Under the pieces are notes generated by a model, which saw nothing but the letters and a program-made list of their open reading frames with translations, was not told the DNA's origin and ran no database searches. The position numbers and the translations under genes are program-made. From the NCBI GenBank assembly GCA_963800145.1, contig CAWCZX010000003.1, forward strand, positions 9,880 through 73,879: a stretch of 64,000 bases of DNA, read 5' to 3'. Of the stretch, positions 30,128 through 41,000 are shown piece after piece (position 1 is the stretch's first letter; each line of letters opens with the position of its first letter). Origin of the DNA: an uncultured Acidobacteriaceae bacterium. GTDB taxonomy: Bacteria > Acidobacteriota > Terriglobia > Terriglobales > Acidobacteriaceae.

Positions 30128-32398
30128 ATGACGATCAGTACCAGCCCACCGGTCATTCTCGACTACAGTCTCACCGGCCTGAACGCTACTCTCGCGGTGG
30201 AGAGAGGGCTGGCCGAGGCTGATTGGTACCAATGCGGTGTACCGCGAGAGACGATGCGCAAACTTCTCGAGCGGCGAAACGGTCCTGCAATCCGCGACAC
30301 GATGCTCTGGTTTGCGCTCATTCTGGGTAGCGGATTCGCCACCTATGTCTTGTGGGGCACCGGTTGGGCGATCCTGCCTTACTTTGTCTACAGTGTCCTC
30401 TACGCGTCAACATCTGATTCGCGCTGGCATGAAACTGGGCACGGCACGGCATTCAAGACAGACTGGATGAATAATGCGCTCTATGAGATCGCTTCGTTCA
30501 TGGTGATGCGCGAATCCACGGTCTGGCGATGGAGCCACAACCGGCATCACAGCGACACGATCATCGTTGGACGAGACCCTGAAATCGCTGTGCCGCGCCC
30601 ACCGGATTTGAAGGGCGTCATCCTCTCGTTCTTCAATCTCGGTGTATATCCGAAGTATTTCAAGCACATTCTTCTGCACTCGGCGGGACACATGACGGCT
30701 GCTGAAAAGACTTTCATACCCGAAATGGAATATTCCGCCGTATATTGCAGGGCGCGCGTTTATGTTTCGATCTACGCCTCGGTCATTAGTCTCGCCATCT
30801 TAAGCCGCAGTGTGCTGCCGCTGCTGTTTGTGGGATTCACTAACCTGTTCGGCACATGGCTTCTGGTTGTTTATGGGCTCACTCAGCATGCAGGTCTCGC
30901 AGAAAACGTCCTGGACCACCGTCTTAACTGCCGCACGGTGTACATGAACCCTCTTCACCGCTATCTCTACTGGAACATGAACTACCACGTTGAACACCAC
31001 ATGTTCCCGCTGGTCCCTTATCACGCACTCCGGAAGTTACATGATGCTGTGAAAAACGACTGTCCGACGCCCTATACAAGTCTCTTTGCTGCCTGGTGTG
31101 AGATCGCCCCAACCATTCTTAGACAGGTTAAAGATCCCGCCTATCACGTCAAGCGCCGTTTGCCCACCAGCTATGCTGCAGTCAATGCGCACTCTCACGT
31201 CTCCAACTCCGAACCCGACACTGCGGGCTGGGTGAGAGCGTGCTATCGAGGCGACCTGGTTGCAGCGGACATTATCCGCTTTGACCATGGCCGAAAGAGC
31301 TTTGCACTTTGCCGTGATGAGCAGGGCCGGCTTCACGCCATTGACGGAGTCTGCACGCACGGCAACACCCATCTTTCCGAGGGCTTGATCGTGGGAAATA
31401 TGATCGAGTGCCCAAAGCACAACGGACGTTTCAATCTTATCGACGGTTCGCCTGCCCGCGTGCCGATCTGCCGCGGAATCGCCACCTATCCGATAGAGGA
31501 AAGGGGCGAGCAGATCTATATCAACGTTGCGAACGCTCGCGGAGTCGGGGCGCGATCGCACAAGACTCTCCATTTCCGCGTCCTGAGCAATCAAAGCGTT
31601 GCCACGTTTATCAAAGAACTCGTTCTCGAGCCCCTGAATGACGCAGAACCCATCGGCTTTACACCGGGCGATTACCTGCAACTGGATATTCCCCGCTACG
31701 ATGCCATCCGCTTCAGGGACTTTAATATTCCTGAGCCGTTCGCAACGGTTTGGGAGCGTCAGCATGTTTTTGATCTGGTTGCCAGCAATCCCGAGGGCGG
31801 GCGCCGCAACAACTATTCGATTGCAAGTAATCAGTGGACCGAGCGCACATTACGCTGCAACGTGCGCATCGCGACTCCTCCGCCCGGGCAGGACTGCGCT
31901 CCGGGCATTGGGTCCAGCTACATCTTCAGCCTCAGACCCGGTGACCTCGTCTCTGGCATCGGGCCCTTTGGGGATTTCCATATCAAGCCGACATTACGCG
32001 AAATGGTTTACATCGGCGGGGGTGCGGGAATGGCCCCACTGCGCGCCCACATCTCACACCTTCTCGAGAATGAACGGACAGCGCGCAAGATCAGCTACTG
32101 GTATGGTGCGCGTTCCAGGCAGGAGGTTTTCTATCAAGAATATTTCGCTCAACTGGCCAAGGAGCACCATAACTTTGCATTTCACGTCGCCTTGTCCTCA
32201 CCGCAACCTGAGGACGAGTGGACGGGCCCCGTCGGTTTTATCCATGACGTCGTTCTGGAACAATACCTGATCGAGCATACTCATCCCGAAGCCTCAGAGT
32301 ATTATCTTTGCGGCCCTCCGCTGATGATCAAAGCATGCACGCGAATGCTTGCGAACCTGGGAGTTTCTGACCATCAGGTTTCGTACGATGAATTCTAA
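30128..32398 (+). CDS. Three-domain fusion: MocD-like fatty-acid-desaturase-family diiron oxygenase + MocE-like Rieske ferredoxin + NqrF-like FAD/NAD(P)H reductase
   Basis: His boxes HETGH, HNRHH and HVEHH with TM helices; Rieske CTH...CPKH; FNR motifs GDYLQL, RRNYSIAS, GPFGDF, IGGGAGMAP, YWYGARS, LCGPP and C-terminal YDEF, all in one frame. Confidence 0.88.
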   Translation: MTISTSPPVILDYSLTGLNATLAVERGLAEADWYQCGVPRETMRKLLERRNGPAIRDTMLWFALILGSGFATYVLWGTGWAILPYFVYSVLYASTSDSRWHETGHGTAFKTDWMNNALYEIASFMVMRESTVWRWSHNRHHSDTIIVGRDPEIAVPRPPDLKGVILSFFNLGVYPKYFKHILLHSAGHMTAAEKTFIPEMEYSAVYCRARVYVSIYASVISLAILSRSVLPLLFVGFTNLFGTWLLVVYGLTQHAGLAENVLDHRLNCRTVYMNPLHRYLYWNMNYHVEHHMFPLVPYHALRKLHDAVKNDCPTPYTSLFAAWCEIAPTILRQVKDPAYHVKRRLPTSYAAVNAHSHVSNSEPDTAGWVRACYRGDLVAADIIRFDHGRKSFALCRDEQGRLHAIDGVCTHGNTHLSEGLIVGNMIECPKHNGRFNLIDGSPARVPICRGIATYPIEERGEQIYINVANARGVGARSHKTLHFRVLSNQSVATFIKELVLEPLNDAEPIGFTPGDYLQLDIPRYDAIRFRDFNIPEPFATVWERQHVFDLVASNPEGGRRNNYSIASNQWTERTLRCNVRIATPPPGQDCAPGIGSSYIFSLRPGDLVSGIGPFGDFHIKPTLREMVYIGGGAGMAPLRAHISHLLENERTARKISYWYGARSRQEVFYQEYFAQLAKEHHNFAFHVALSSPQPEDEWTGPVGFIHDVVLEQYLIEHTHPEASEYYLCGPPLMIKACTRMLANLGVSDHQVSYDEF

Positions 32399-32488
32399 AA
32401 AGGCTGAGGACCTGGGTATGAGACAGATTCATTTGGACACAACGGAACATGGAGAGTGTTGTTTAAGCGGCTCTGACTTCGCGATCGT

Positions 32489-33088
32489 TTAAATTCCAGG
32501 TACAGGCGGGCACCCGGGGAACTCGGTTAGAAACGTGTTTCCCTTGTAACCCAAATACTTGATACCGATCTTGCTCGTGAAGAACCCGTCAGCGGTCATG
32601 TTCCTCAACAGCGAGAAGAAATCCACGGCGTCACGCAGGCTCTCGTCTTGTATTGCATTCTTGTTATAAGCGATCTGGTCGACAATCTCTGCCTGTTGTG
32701 GCGGTGCGCAATCGAGATAGGCCTTTCCGTACCGGCTCGAGCATGTTGAATCGAGCCACGTGAACCCGGCTCTCAATCTGGATTGATATTCCGCGTTCTC
32801 GCTGGTGAGCAGATCGATAAACTCCGGAGCACCAGCCTCAATCGCGCCACCGCATTCCGGGTCGGCCGGCAGAATGGTCTCGCACAGCGCCTGCAGCGTT
32901 TCGAATTGATGTGCCGCGAAGAACTTCGGAACATAGCCCCCTGCCTTGGGCTCTGCCCTTTCTGCCTCGATCAGATTGTGGGCGTATTCGGCAGCCTCAA
33001 GCGGGATGACTCGGAGGACCGAACCCGCCACCGCTCCGATGCTCAGTGATCTTAATACAGCGCGCCGTGTAATGGATTCTCGGGTCAT
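32489..33088 (-). CDS. Gluconate 2-dehydrogenase subunit 3 family protein with Tat signal (small subunit of a GMC sugar dehydrogenase)
   Basis: Twin-arginine SITRRAVLR; LCETILP...GAIEAGAPEFID; FFSLLRNMTADGFFTSKIGIKYLGY.GN. Confidence 0.85.
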   Translation of the reverse strand: MTRESITRRAVLRSLSIGAVAGSVLRVIPLEAAEYAHNLIEAERAEPKAGGYVPKFFAAHQFETLQALCETILPADPECGGAIEAGAPEFIDLLTSENAEYQSRLRAGFTWLDSTCSSRYGKAYLDCAPPQQAEIVDQIAYNKNAIQDESLRDAVDFFSLLRNMTADGFFTSKIGIKYLGYKGNTFLTEFPGCPPVPGI

Positions 33089-33097
33089 GCCTTTCGC

Positions 33098-34819
33098 TTA
33101 GAGCTCCCCTTTCTTTGCCTGGTCGAGCAAATACTCTGAGGTTCTCCACGAAAGGGCCATGATGGTCAGAGTGGGATTCTTATCCGGATTGGTCACGAAT
33201 GGAGCGGCGTCGGCCACGAACAGGTTCTTAACGTCGTGCGCCTGGCAATTGCTATTCAGCACCGACGTCTTTGCATCTTTGCCCATGCGAACCGTTCCCA
33301 ACTCATGAATGATTTCTCCGCCTCCCGCAATGCCGTTGGGCCGCGGTGCTTCGCTCTTTGGCAGCGGGTGCCGGCGCGTGCCCGCTATCACGGTCCCGCC
33401 TGCGGCTTCGACGATGGAGCGGAAAGTGGCCTGCATATCGGCAGCCATCTTCAACTCGTTCTCGCCTGCCTGCCAATGAAAGCGCAGCACTGGAATGCCC
33501 CACTGATCTTTCACGTTGGGGTCGAGTTCGCAGAAGCAGTTTTCGTTGGGGATCATCTCGCCTCGTCCGCTGAACCCAATAAACGTGCCGTAAGAGCTGC
33601 GGCACTTTTGCTTCAGGCCGATGCCATAGCCTTCTTGCTCTTCGCACACTCCGTCAAACCCGCCAACCCCCGGCATGTCGCGACCGCCGCCAAACTCGAT
33701 GTGATATCCGCGCAGGAAGTCGTTCTTCTTGCCGAACCGCCACCAGGGCATATACAGATGCATGCCGCCAACGCCATCGTGATTGTGCGCAGGCATTTTT
33801 TCAAGTTGAGGGAAGTACCCCGCGAGATCGCTACCCACCGAATCGGTGAGATAGCGCCCCACCACTCCCGATGAATTCGCAAGCCCATTGGGAAAGCTCG
33901 GCGAGCGTGAATTCAACAGCAGGCGTGCGGACTCACAAGCACTCGCCGCTACCACAACGGCCCTGGCATAGACGCGCTGTTCGCTCTTCGTCGGCTTGTC
34001 GATGTAGGAAACGGCCTCCGCTTTGCCGCTTTGGCCCAGCACGATTTCGCGGGCCATCGCATTGGGAATCATCGTCAGCCGACCGGTGGCGGTTGCTGGT
34101 GGAATCATCACCTGGCTTGAGCTGAAGTTGGAGGCGGATCTGCAGCCGCGTCCGCATTGCGCGCAGTAGTGACACGCGTCGCGGCCATTCAGGGGCTCGG
34201 TTAAAATGGCGAGCCGCGACGGGATGCACGTGATGTTCAGCTGGTCGCAAGCCTTTTTGATCAGGATCTCGGTGCAGCGCGGTTTAGGTGGCGGCAAAAA
34301 AACGCCATCCGGAGAATTGGGGATGTTCTCCTTCGATCCGAATACACCGATGTAGGCTTCGACCTTGTCGTAGTAGGGAGCCAGTTCCGCATAAGTGATT
34401 GGCCAATCGTCGCCCATTCCGTCAATTGAGCACGCTCTGAAATCTGCCGGCCCGAAGCGCAGCGCGATGCGCCCCCAATGATTGGTTCGGCCTCCCTCAA
34501 TCCGTGACCGGAACCAGCGAAACGATGAGCCGGGCGCCGTTGTATACGGTTCGCCTTCGATCTCCCAGAACCCGTTCGGTGCCATGAACTCGTTGCCGAT
34601 TCCGCGCTGTTTGCCACCAATACCCACACCGCGATGGGCCAGTTGATAGGGCCACACATGCTCCTTGAAATCCTTGTCCGGGTCGAGTCGCGGTCCGGCT
34701 TCAAGCATCACCACGTTTAGCCCACCTTCGGTGAGGACCTTTGCCGCGGTCCCGCCTCCTGCGCCGGAACCAATAATACAGACGTCAAAAACCTTCCTGG
34801 GCGGGTTCAGTTGGGCCAT
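33098..34819 (-). CDS. GMC-family flavoprotein oxidoreductase (glycoside 3-dehydrogenase-like large subunit)
   Basis: IGSGAGGG FAD motif, GGRTNHWGR, DDWPITYAELAPYYDKVE, CHYCAQCGRGC, HELGTVRMG and KNPTLTIMAL. Confidence 0.88.
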   Translation of the reverse strand: MAQLNPPRKVFDVCIIGSGAGGGTAAKVLTEGGLNVVMLEAGPRLDPDKDFKEHVWPYQLAHRGVGIGGKQRGIGNEFMAPNGFWEIEGEPYTTAPGSSFRWFRSRIEGGRTNHWGRIALRFGPADFRACSIDGMGDDWPITYAELAPYYDKVEAYIGVFGSKENIPNSPDGVFLPPPKPRCTEILIKKACDQLNITCIPSRLAILTEPLNGRDACHYCAQCGRGCRSASNFSSSQVMIPPATATGRLTMIPNAMAREIVLGQSGKAEAVSYIDKPTKSEQRVYARAVVVAASACESARLLLNSRSPSFPNGLANSSGVVGRYLTDSVGSDLAGYFPQLEKMPAHNHDGVGGMHLYMPWWRFGKKNDFLRGYHIEFGGGRDMPGVGGFDGVCEEQEGYGIGLKQKCRSSYGTFIGFSGRGEMIPNENCFCELDPNVKDQWGIPVLRFHWQAGENELKMAADMQATFRSIVEAAGGTVIAGTRRHPLPKSEAPRPNGIAGGGEIIHELGTVRMGKDAKTSVLNSNCQAHDVKNLFVADAAPFVTNPDKNPTLTIMALSWRTSEYLLDQAKKGEL

Positions 34820-35133
34820 CCATTCTCTCCGACTGCGAAAAAATATTCTTGAAACGGGGAAATCTGCAGTACTCGCTCCAGGCCAGCATCAGCGGGCATG
34901 TCTTGGTATTCACTTCGAAACACGCGCTTCTCTTTCTGATAATCGATCAATATACGCCCCGCGCCTTTACCCACGCGACGTTTTTCTCGCCCCCGATCCA
35001 GGGAAAGCGAAGAAGTTGCCAAAAGATTTCGGGAATCCTCTTGTTGTTCTCCAATTGACTTGACCGGGATTCCATTTGACACCCCGGTAATTTGTCCGAA
35101 ACCTCCACTCGACTTTCAGATAGAATCCTGCCT

Positions 35134-36051
35134 GTGACGGATGCGCTCTCACAAATCGATGCTCTTGATAAACGTTTCGGAATCTCCGGGATTGCCGAGG
35201 TGGTTCCTGGAAATGGCGGACTGCCGAAAGTGCGCGTCACCACGCGCTCTGCTTCGGCGGATATCTATCTGCACGGTGCACAGGTCACGTCGTGGCGGCC
35301 AGCGGATGCTGAAGAAGTGATCTTTCTCAGCGAGCATTCGTATTGGGAACATGGCCATGCGATTCGCGGAGGCATCCCGGTCTGTTTTCCATGGTTCCGA
35401 GCGAAGACGGACGATCCCCATGCGCCGGCTCATGGCGTGGTTCGAACGAAAGAATGGAAGCTTGACTCCATTGCTGCGGAGACAGACGGATCTGTAATTG
35501 TCAGTTTCTCAACGGAAAGCGATGAGTTCACGCGCCGTTGGTGGCCTCATGATTTTCGTCTGGTTCATCGTGTGTCAATGGGCAAGACGCTTCGGCTGGA
35601 GCTGACGGCGAAAAACGCGGGGTCCACAACTCTACGCTTCGAAGAGGCGCTGCATACGTATTTCCGGGTCGATCAGGTAGACAATGCACGCGTGCGGGGT
35701 CTGGATCAGGTCCAGTATCTCGATAATACGGATGGAAATCGCGAGAAGATTCAGTTCGGAGACGTGGTGTTCGCCGCTCCTATCGATAATGCATACCTCA
35801 ATACCTACGGTGCTCCGGAGTTAATCGATCCTGTCTTGCGCAGAACACTTCGCACCGATAAGGAAAATTCAGCAACCACGGTGGTCTGGAATCCCTGGCA
35901 GCAGGGCGCGGCCGCTCTCGCCGATCTTGGAAATGATGAGTGGCGACGCATGGCCTGCGTGGAAGCCAGCAACATACTTGGTGCGGCGGTTTCGCTGGAA
36001 CCAGGCGAAGAACACACGATGCGCGCAACAATTAGCGTTGCCGCGGAATGA
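35134..36051 (+). CDS. D-hexose-6-phosphate mutarotase / aldose 1-epimerase family (YeaD-like)
   Basis: LHGAQVTSW, AIRGGIPVCFPWF, HGVVRT, ALHTYF, VVWNPW and CVEA. Start uncertain (GTG 35134; ORF open from 35092). Confidence 0.88.
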   Translation: MTDALSQIDALDKRFGISGIAEVVPGNGGLPKVRVTTRSASADIYLHGAQVTSWRPADAEEVIFLSEHSYWEHGHAIRGGIPVCFPWFRAKTDDPHAPAHGVVRTKEWKLDSIAAETDGSVIVSFSTESDEFTRRWWPHDFRLVHRVSMGKTLRLELTAKNAGSTTLRFEEALHTYFRVDQVDNARVRGLDQVQYLDNTDGNREKIQFGDVVFAAPIDNAYLNTYGAPELIDPVLRRTLRTDKENSATTVVWNPWQQGAAALADLGNDEWRRMACVEASNILGAAVSLEPGEEHTMRATISVAAE

Positions 36052-36197
36052 ACCCAGCTACGGTACGGAGGGGTCCATGACGCCTGCATACGGGCCGTTC
36101 AGCGAATGTGTACCTAACTTCTCGAAAGCGTGCGTCACTCACATACAGCCGAGTCTAAATTCCTTCGTTTATCTGGAAAGCAAGAGGCTAACTCGAA

Positions 36198-37877
36198 ATG
36201 AAGCCGGTCTGGGAGCAAAGTTACTACATCTGGGGACAAGGTCTAGCGGTATCCGCCATCATCTCCTCCATTCCGACGGCTGTTCTGCTATTTCTGCTTG
36301 GCGTTAAGCGCAAGGCGGCATGGGTCGCAGCGCTTTGGGGCCTCGGTGCGACCTTGGCGGTGGCCCTCGTAGGATATCGCATGCCGGTGCCACTTCTCTT
36401 CAGTTCAACTGCCTATGGCGCGGCGTTCGGCCTCTTTCCCATCTCCTGGATTGTCTTCTGGGCAATCGTGCTCTACAACGTGACGGTTGCGACAGGCAAA
36501 TTCTCGGTTGTCAAGGATTCCATTGCATCCTTAACTCCCGATTTGCGGATTCAGGCCATTATCATTGCTTTCGGTTTTGGTGCATTCATCGAGGGAGCTG
36601 CCGGTTTTGGAACGCCAGTCGCCGTAGCCGGTGCCATGATGGTGGGCCTGGGATTTTCTCGGTTCAATGCTGCCGCGCTCTGTTTGCTGGCAAATACCGC
36701 ACCCGTCGCGTTCGGATCGATTGCCATTCCTATCATCACATTGGCAGGTGTCACGGGACTGCCGCTTGATAAGCTGAGTGGCGCGGTGGGGACACTTTGC
36801 GCCCCAATCGCGATCATCCTGCCCGCATACATGATCGTGGCTATGGGGGGAGTGGCCTCAGCCCTCGAGGTTTGGCCCGCTCTGCTGGTGGCAGGGCTGA
36901 CGTTTGGCGGAGTTGAATGGTATGTCTCAAATTACATTAGCGCGCAGATCACGGTGATGGTCAGCTCGATTGCGTCTATGGCTTCCGTCGTCGTCCTCCT
37001 CAAATTCTGGAATCCCCGGTCGCGTGCTCTTAAGCGGCGCATGCCTGGCACCGATGTCGCTGAATCAGGATCCTTCGAAATTGCGAAGGCGGCTTCGCCA
37101 GAGGAATTCATGCCGTCCAAACATACGGTCAGGCAGGTTTTCTCCGGATGGATGCCTTATATCTTTCTGGTCATCCTCGTTCTTCTATGGGGATTTAAAC
37201 CTCTTCAATCCATTCTGAACATGGCAACCTTCGCGGTTCCATGGCCGACGCTTCACAATCTGATTCTCCGCACGCCGCCCGTTGTGGCAAGATCGTCTCT
37301 TTATCCGGCCGTATTCAATTTGAATCTGATTTCAGCGGCCGGAACGTCGTGCATGTTTGCGAGTATGCTGTCAGCGATTTTTCTGCGGATGTCGATCAGG
37401 GACTTTCTTAAGGTGATCCTCGCGTCGGCCCGGCAGTTAGCTCTTCCTATCCTGACGATTTCAGCAGTACTGTCGATGGCTTTTGTGATGAATTACTGCG
37501 GCGCCACGGGTACGCTCGGCCTCGCATTTGCGACCACCGGCGTTGCATTTCCTTTCTTCAGTCCATTGCTTGGCTGGCTGGGCGTTTTCCTTACCGGGTC
37601 TGATACTTCATCGAATGCCCTCTTCGGAAGCTTGCAGGTCATCACCGCAGAGCGGCTCGGGTTCAGCCGGATTCTGATTGCGGCTGCGAATTCGTCCGGC
37701 GGGGTGATGGGCAAGATGATCAGCGTGCAATCCATCGCAGTAGCCGCCGCGGCAACCGGAATCACCGTGCAACAACAGTCAAAACTGCTCCGCTTCACGC
37801 TGAAACACAGCATTATCCTAGCCGCATTTGTCGGTCTCGAGGTGTTAATTCTTGCCTATTGGAGCCGAGCGATTTGA
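36198..37877 (+). CDS. lctP: L-lactate/glycolate permease (LctP/GlcA family)
   Basis: FIEGAAGFGTPVAV, LLANTAPVAFGSIAIP, FLTGSDTSSNALFG and ANSSGGVMGKMIS. Confidence 0.9.
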   Translation: MKPVWEQSYYIWGQGLAVSAIISSIPTAVLLFLLGVKRKAAWVAALWGLGATLAVALVGYRMPVPLLFSSTAYGAAFGLFPISWIVFWAIVLYNVTVATGKFSVVKDSIASLTPDLRIQAIIIAFGFGAFIEGAAGFGTPVAVAGAMMVGLGFSRFNAAALCLLANTAPVAFGSIAIPIITLAGVTGLPLDKLSGAVGTLCAPIAIILPAYMIVAMGGVASALEVWPALLVAGLTFGGVEWYVSNYISAQITVMVSSIASMASVVVLLKFWNPRSRALKRRMPGTDVAESGSFEIAKAASPEEFMPSKHTVRQVFSGWMPYIFLVILVLLWGFKPLQSILNMATFAVPWPTLHNLILRTPPVVARSSLYPAVFNLNLISAAGTSCMFASMLSAIFLRMSIRDFLKVILASARQLALPILTISAVLSMAFVMNYCGATGTLGLAFATTGVAFPFFSPLLGWLGVFLTGSDTSSNALFGSLQVITAERLGFSRILIAAANSSGGVMGKMISVQSIAVAAAATGITVQQQSKLLRFTLKHSIILAAFVGLEVLILAYWSRAI

Positions 37878-38014
37878 GTCTGCTCCAAGATGACTAGTCT
37901 TCAACCCCGCCACGAAGGTTTGCTTCGCTATGAATGCTTAGGACGGGAGCGAATCCAAAGAAGGGCCTAAATAGATCCCGCACTTCCTTTGAGTACGCTC
38001 CCGATAGCCGTGAT

Positions 38015-41000
38015 TTACTCGGCCCCCTTTGTTTTCGCCACCGCATAGAGTTTCACGGGGCCCAGGAGCCCTGAAGACAACAACGGAGAATTGGCCTTGT
38101 AAGGCTTCATCGGCGTAAAGGTATATTTCGTTGTCGCGCCCGGTTGCTCATCGCCAATTAGCCTGTTCACCCATGCATTGGTGACTCTGATGGTTACGTC
38201 GTTCGCGCCGGGTTTCAATGCACCGGTCACATCGACTCGATACGGTGCATGCCAAACGATTCCGAGAGCCTTTCCATTCACCGTCACTTCCGCCAGGTTC
38301 TTGACGTCGCCCAGGTCGATCCAGACCCTAGCGCCATTTTTGAACCAGTCATCTGAGGCCTGAACCGTCTTCGTGTACGTGCCCGCTCCGGAGAAGTACT
38401 TGATGCCGGTGTCGTCGCTGTCGTTCCACGCTATCAGCTTGTCAAACGTGGTGGACGACGGCGCCCCGCGGTCAGCTTGAAAGCTTACGTTCCATGGTCC
38501 ATCCACCGTGGTTAATTCAGTCTCTGCCGGCTTGGGCAATGTTTGCGAACTCTGCTTTGCCTCGTTGCGGAACACAACGAAAAGCGTGCCCCACGGTTCG
38601 AATTGGAGCGGCACCGTAGTGCGACCATCCGCTATCTTGTACGAGGCCGGCTCAATCTTGCCCGTGTCGGAGTGCCAAAGTTCAGGGACCTTGCCTGTGA
38701 TGCGAAAGCTGGCGTCGACCGAAGAGTTTTGATCGCCGCGATTATCCACGAAGTAAATGTCGGCGTCGGCCGTATGCCGATGAAGGAAGAGGATCTGCTG
38801 ACCGTTGTCCGTATGACTATATTCAAAATCCGGAGAAACTTTCAATTCTTTGAGCGCGGCTTCAGCGTTCGCCCCTGCGTAAACTTTTCCCTTCCCGACA
38901 ACGTGTACACCCGCTCCGTCGCCAAACAGTTCATCGCTGAGCTTTTTGAATTCGGATTGATCGTCGGCGAGGCTTGGCGTATCGGTTGGCTTTTCGCCAG
39001 CTACAACCGCTCCCTGCTCAACCAGTTTGTGAATTGCGCGAAGCACCGGAAGCGACATGTGCTTGCTGTATGGATCAAGCGCAAGAACACGATACTTCAT
39101 ACCGCTTCCGGTTGTGATGTAGCCATTTTCCGCGCCCAACTCATGGATCAGCCCATCGGCGTTGATGTAGTCGAAGTTGTATCCGGCCGGCACGTCCGGC
39201 GATTTAGCAGCAAACTCAGCGGTGACGTTCGAGTCTTCGCCGTAGAAATAAATCACGTCCGCGACGAAGCGGCCTTGCTGCAACAGGAAGGCGTTGCGAG
39301 CCAGGTAATCGATCCACACATGCGCATCTTCGGCCCATGTTTCATTGCGATTGAACCACTGACCGCAAGGTCCTAAAGTCAGCCCCGGGACCTTGCCGAT
39401 AAGTGGCTGATGTGCCGACTCGTGAATCACAATCCGGTTAATGCCGTTCAGGAATTCCATGTCCGCGGTAGGCTTGAGTGTTGCAGGTGACCACGCCCAG
39501 GCCGTTGTCTGGTCGCATGACGTCATTGACTCCGCCGCGGCGAGGTTCTGTCCATAGATGTGCGCCACCGACGCCGATTCCCGGTCATCCGCGTTGTAGC
39601 CATACTGAACTTTGTTGATGCCCGGCTTCTGTGTCCACATCGCGCTCATGGGGATATCATCAAGCTTCTTCACTTCCATACCATCGGCAATGAAGGCGCG
39701 CCCCTCTTCGTGTGATTCTCCATAGTGGCCCATCCCTCTCGCCTTGAGCGATGCCTCCACCTGGCCGTAGTGCTCATCCGCGGTCAGATCGGCGATGGTC
39801 TTACGCAGGTCCCACAGGAATTGGTCGCTGGCTTGGGCGCTCTCGACCACGCGGCCCGTGAGAACCGGCAGCCATGGAGTGGGATCGTAGCCGCGGCGCT
39901 TTTTGAACTGCTCGATCATATTGTCGGTCCAGTTCTGCGCCCCGGCCTCCCAGCTATCAGTGACTACGTACTTGATGCCGCGTTTGCCCATCATGTCGGC
40001 ACCCACCGTGTCTTTGTAGCTGTTCAGATAGCCGTCCATGTAGTGCTTCACAAATCCCGCATTTAGCTTGTCGACTTCAAGGCCCGTGGCTTCTGCCGTT
40101 GCAGGGTGATTGGCAATGCCAAGCAGCGAATAGCCGAACCGCAAAACCACCCAGTTGCCCGGCGGCGGCGTCCATTCCAGAGTGCCATCCGCATGCATCT
40201 TGCCGGTCAGATCCACCACGTCACTCTTCTGAATTGCATCCGCCGGCGCGACTTCAGGTGTCGCAAACTGATACAGATCCGGCATCTGGTTGAAGGCCGC
40301 CTTCTCTTCAAAGCGATTGACACGCGCGCCCGGATGTAGCACCAACTCTGAAATCTCATGATTTGTTGGAGGCGGTGGAGTAGGAAAGCCCATAGCGGCA
40401 AAGGGATTCGGAGGCACAGGCTGCGTCTTGAGCGTCACCCGAAAGAACTTGGCTGTAACTGGAGCAAATGCGATCGTATGCTCTGTTGATCCGCTCTTGG
40501 GGATATCCACAACCACGTGATAGTTCTGCCCATCGTCACTTGCCTCAAGCGCCCGGCCGCTCTCTCCTGTCGACGGCACAAATGCATCGAACGGGCTTTT
40601 GCCGCCCACAACAATGGTGAGTGCGCGAATCGTCTGAGCTTGCGGGTATTCGAACTGGATCCACGCCTTATCGCCGATCTCCTTGGCCATGGGCAGCGAA
40701 ACTGTCTTCACCAGATCGCCATCGCTCAACAGCGCCGGATTGATCGTTCCGCCACTCGAGGTAATTGTCGGCTGTAATTGGTCAGCTGCGACTTCATTCG
40801 CGGGGACCTTGTATGCGACAACCACACTGTCCGCATAGAACTCGGGTGCCTTGAACGGCGTTCCCAGGGCACCTCCAAGATCTTCAATCGGCAGATTCTG
40901 GAACGCGCCCGTATTTGAGGGCGGATGAGCCAGCGTGCCCGTGAATGGCTGCCCACCTTCCACGCGCGTCTCGCTCCACACATACTTTTTCATTGCTTCG

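Noticed and set aside
31560-32398. Na+-NQR respiratory complex subunit F
   Set aside because: Only the flavin/NAD domain is NqrF-like; it is fused to an oxygenase and no other nqr genes are present.
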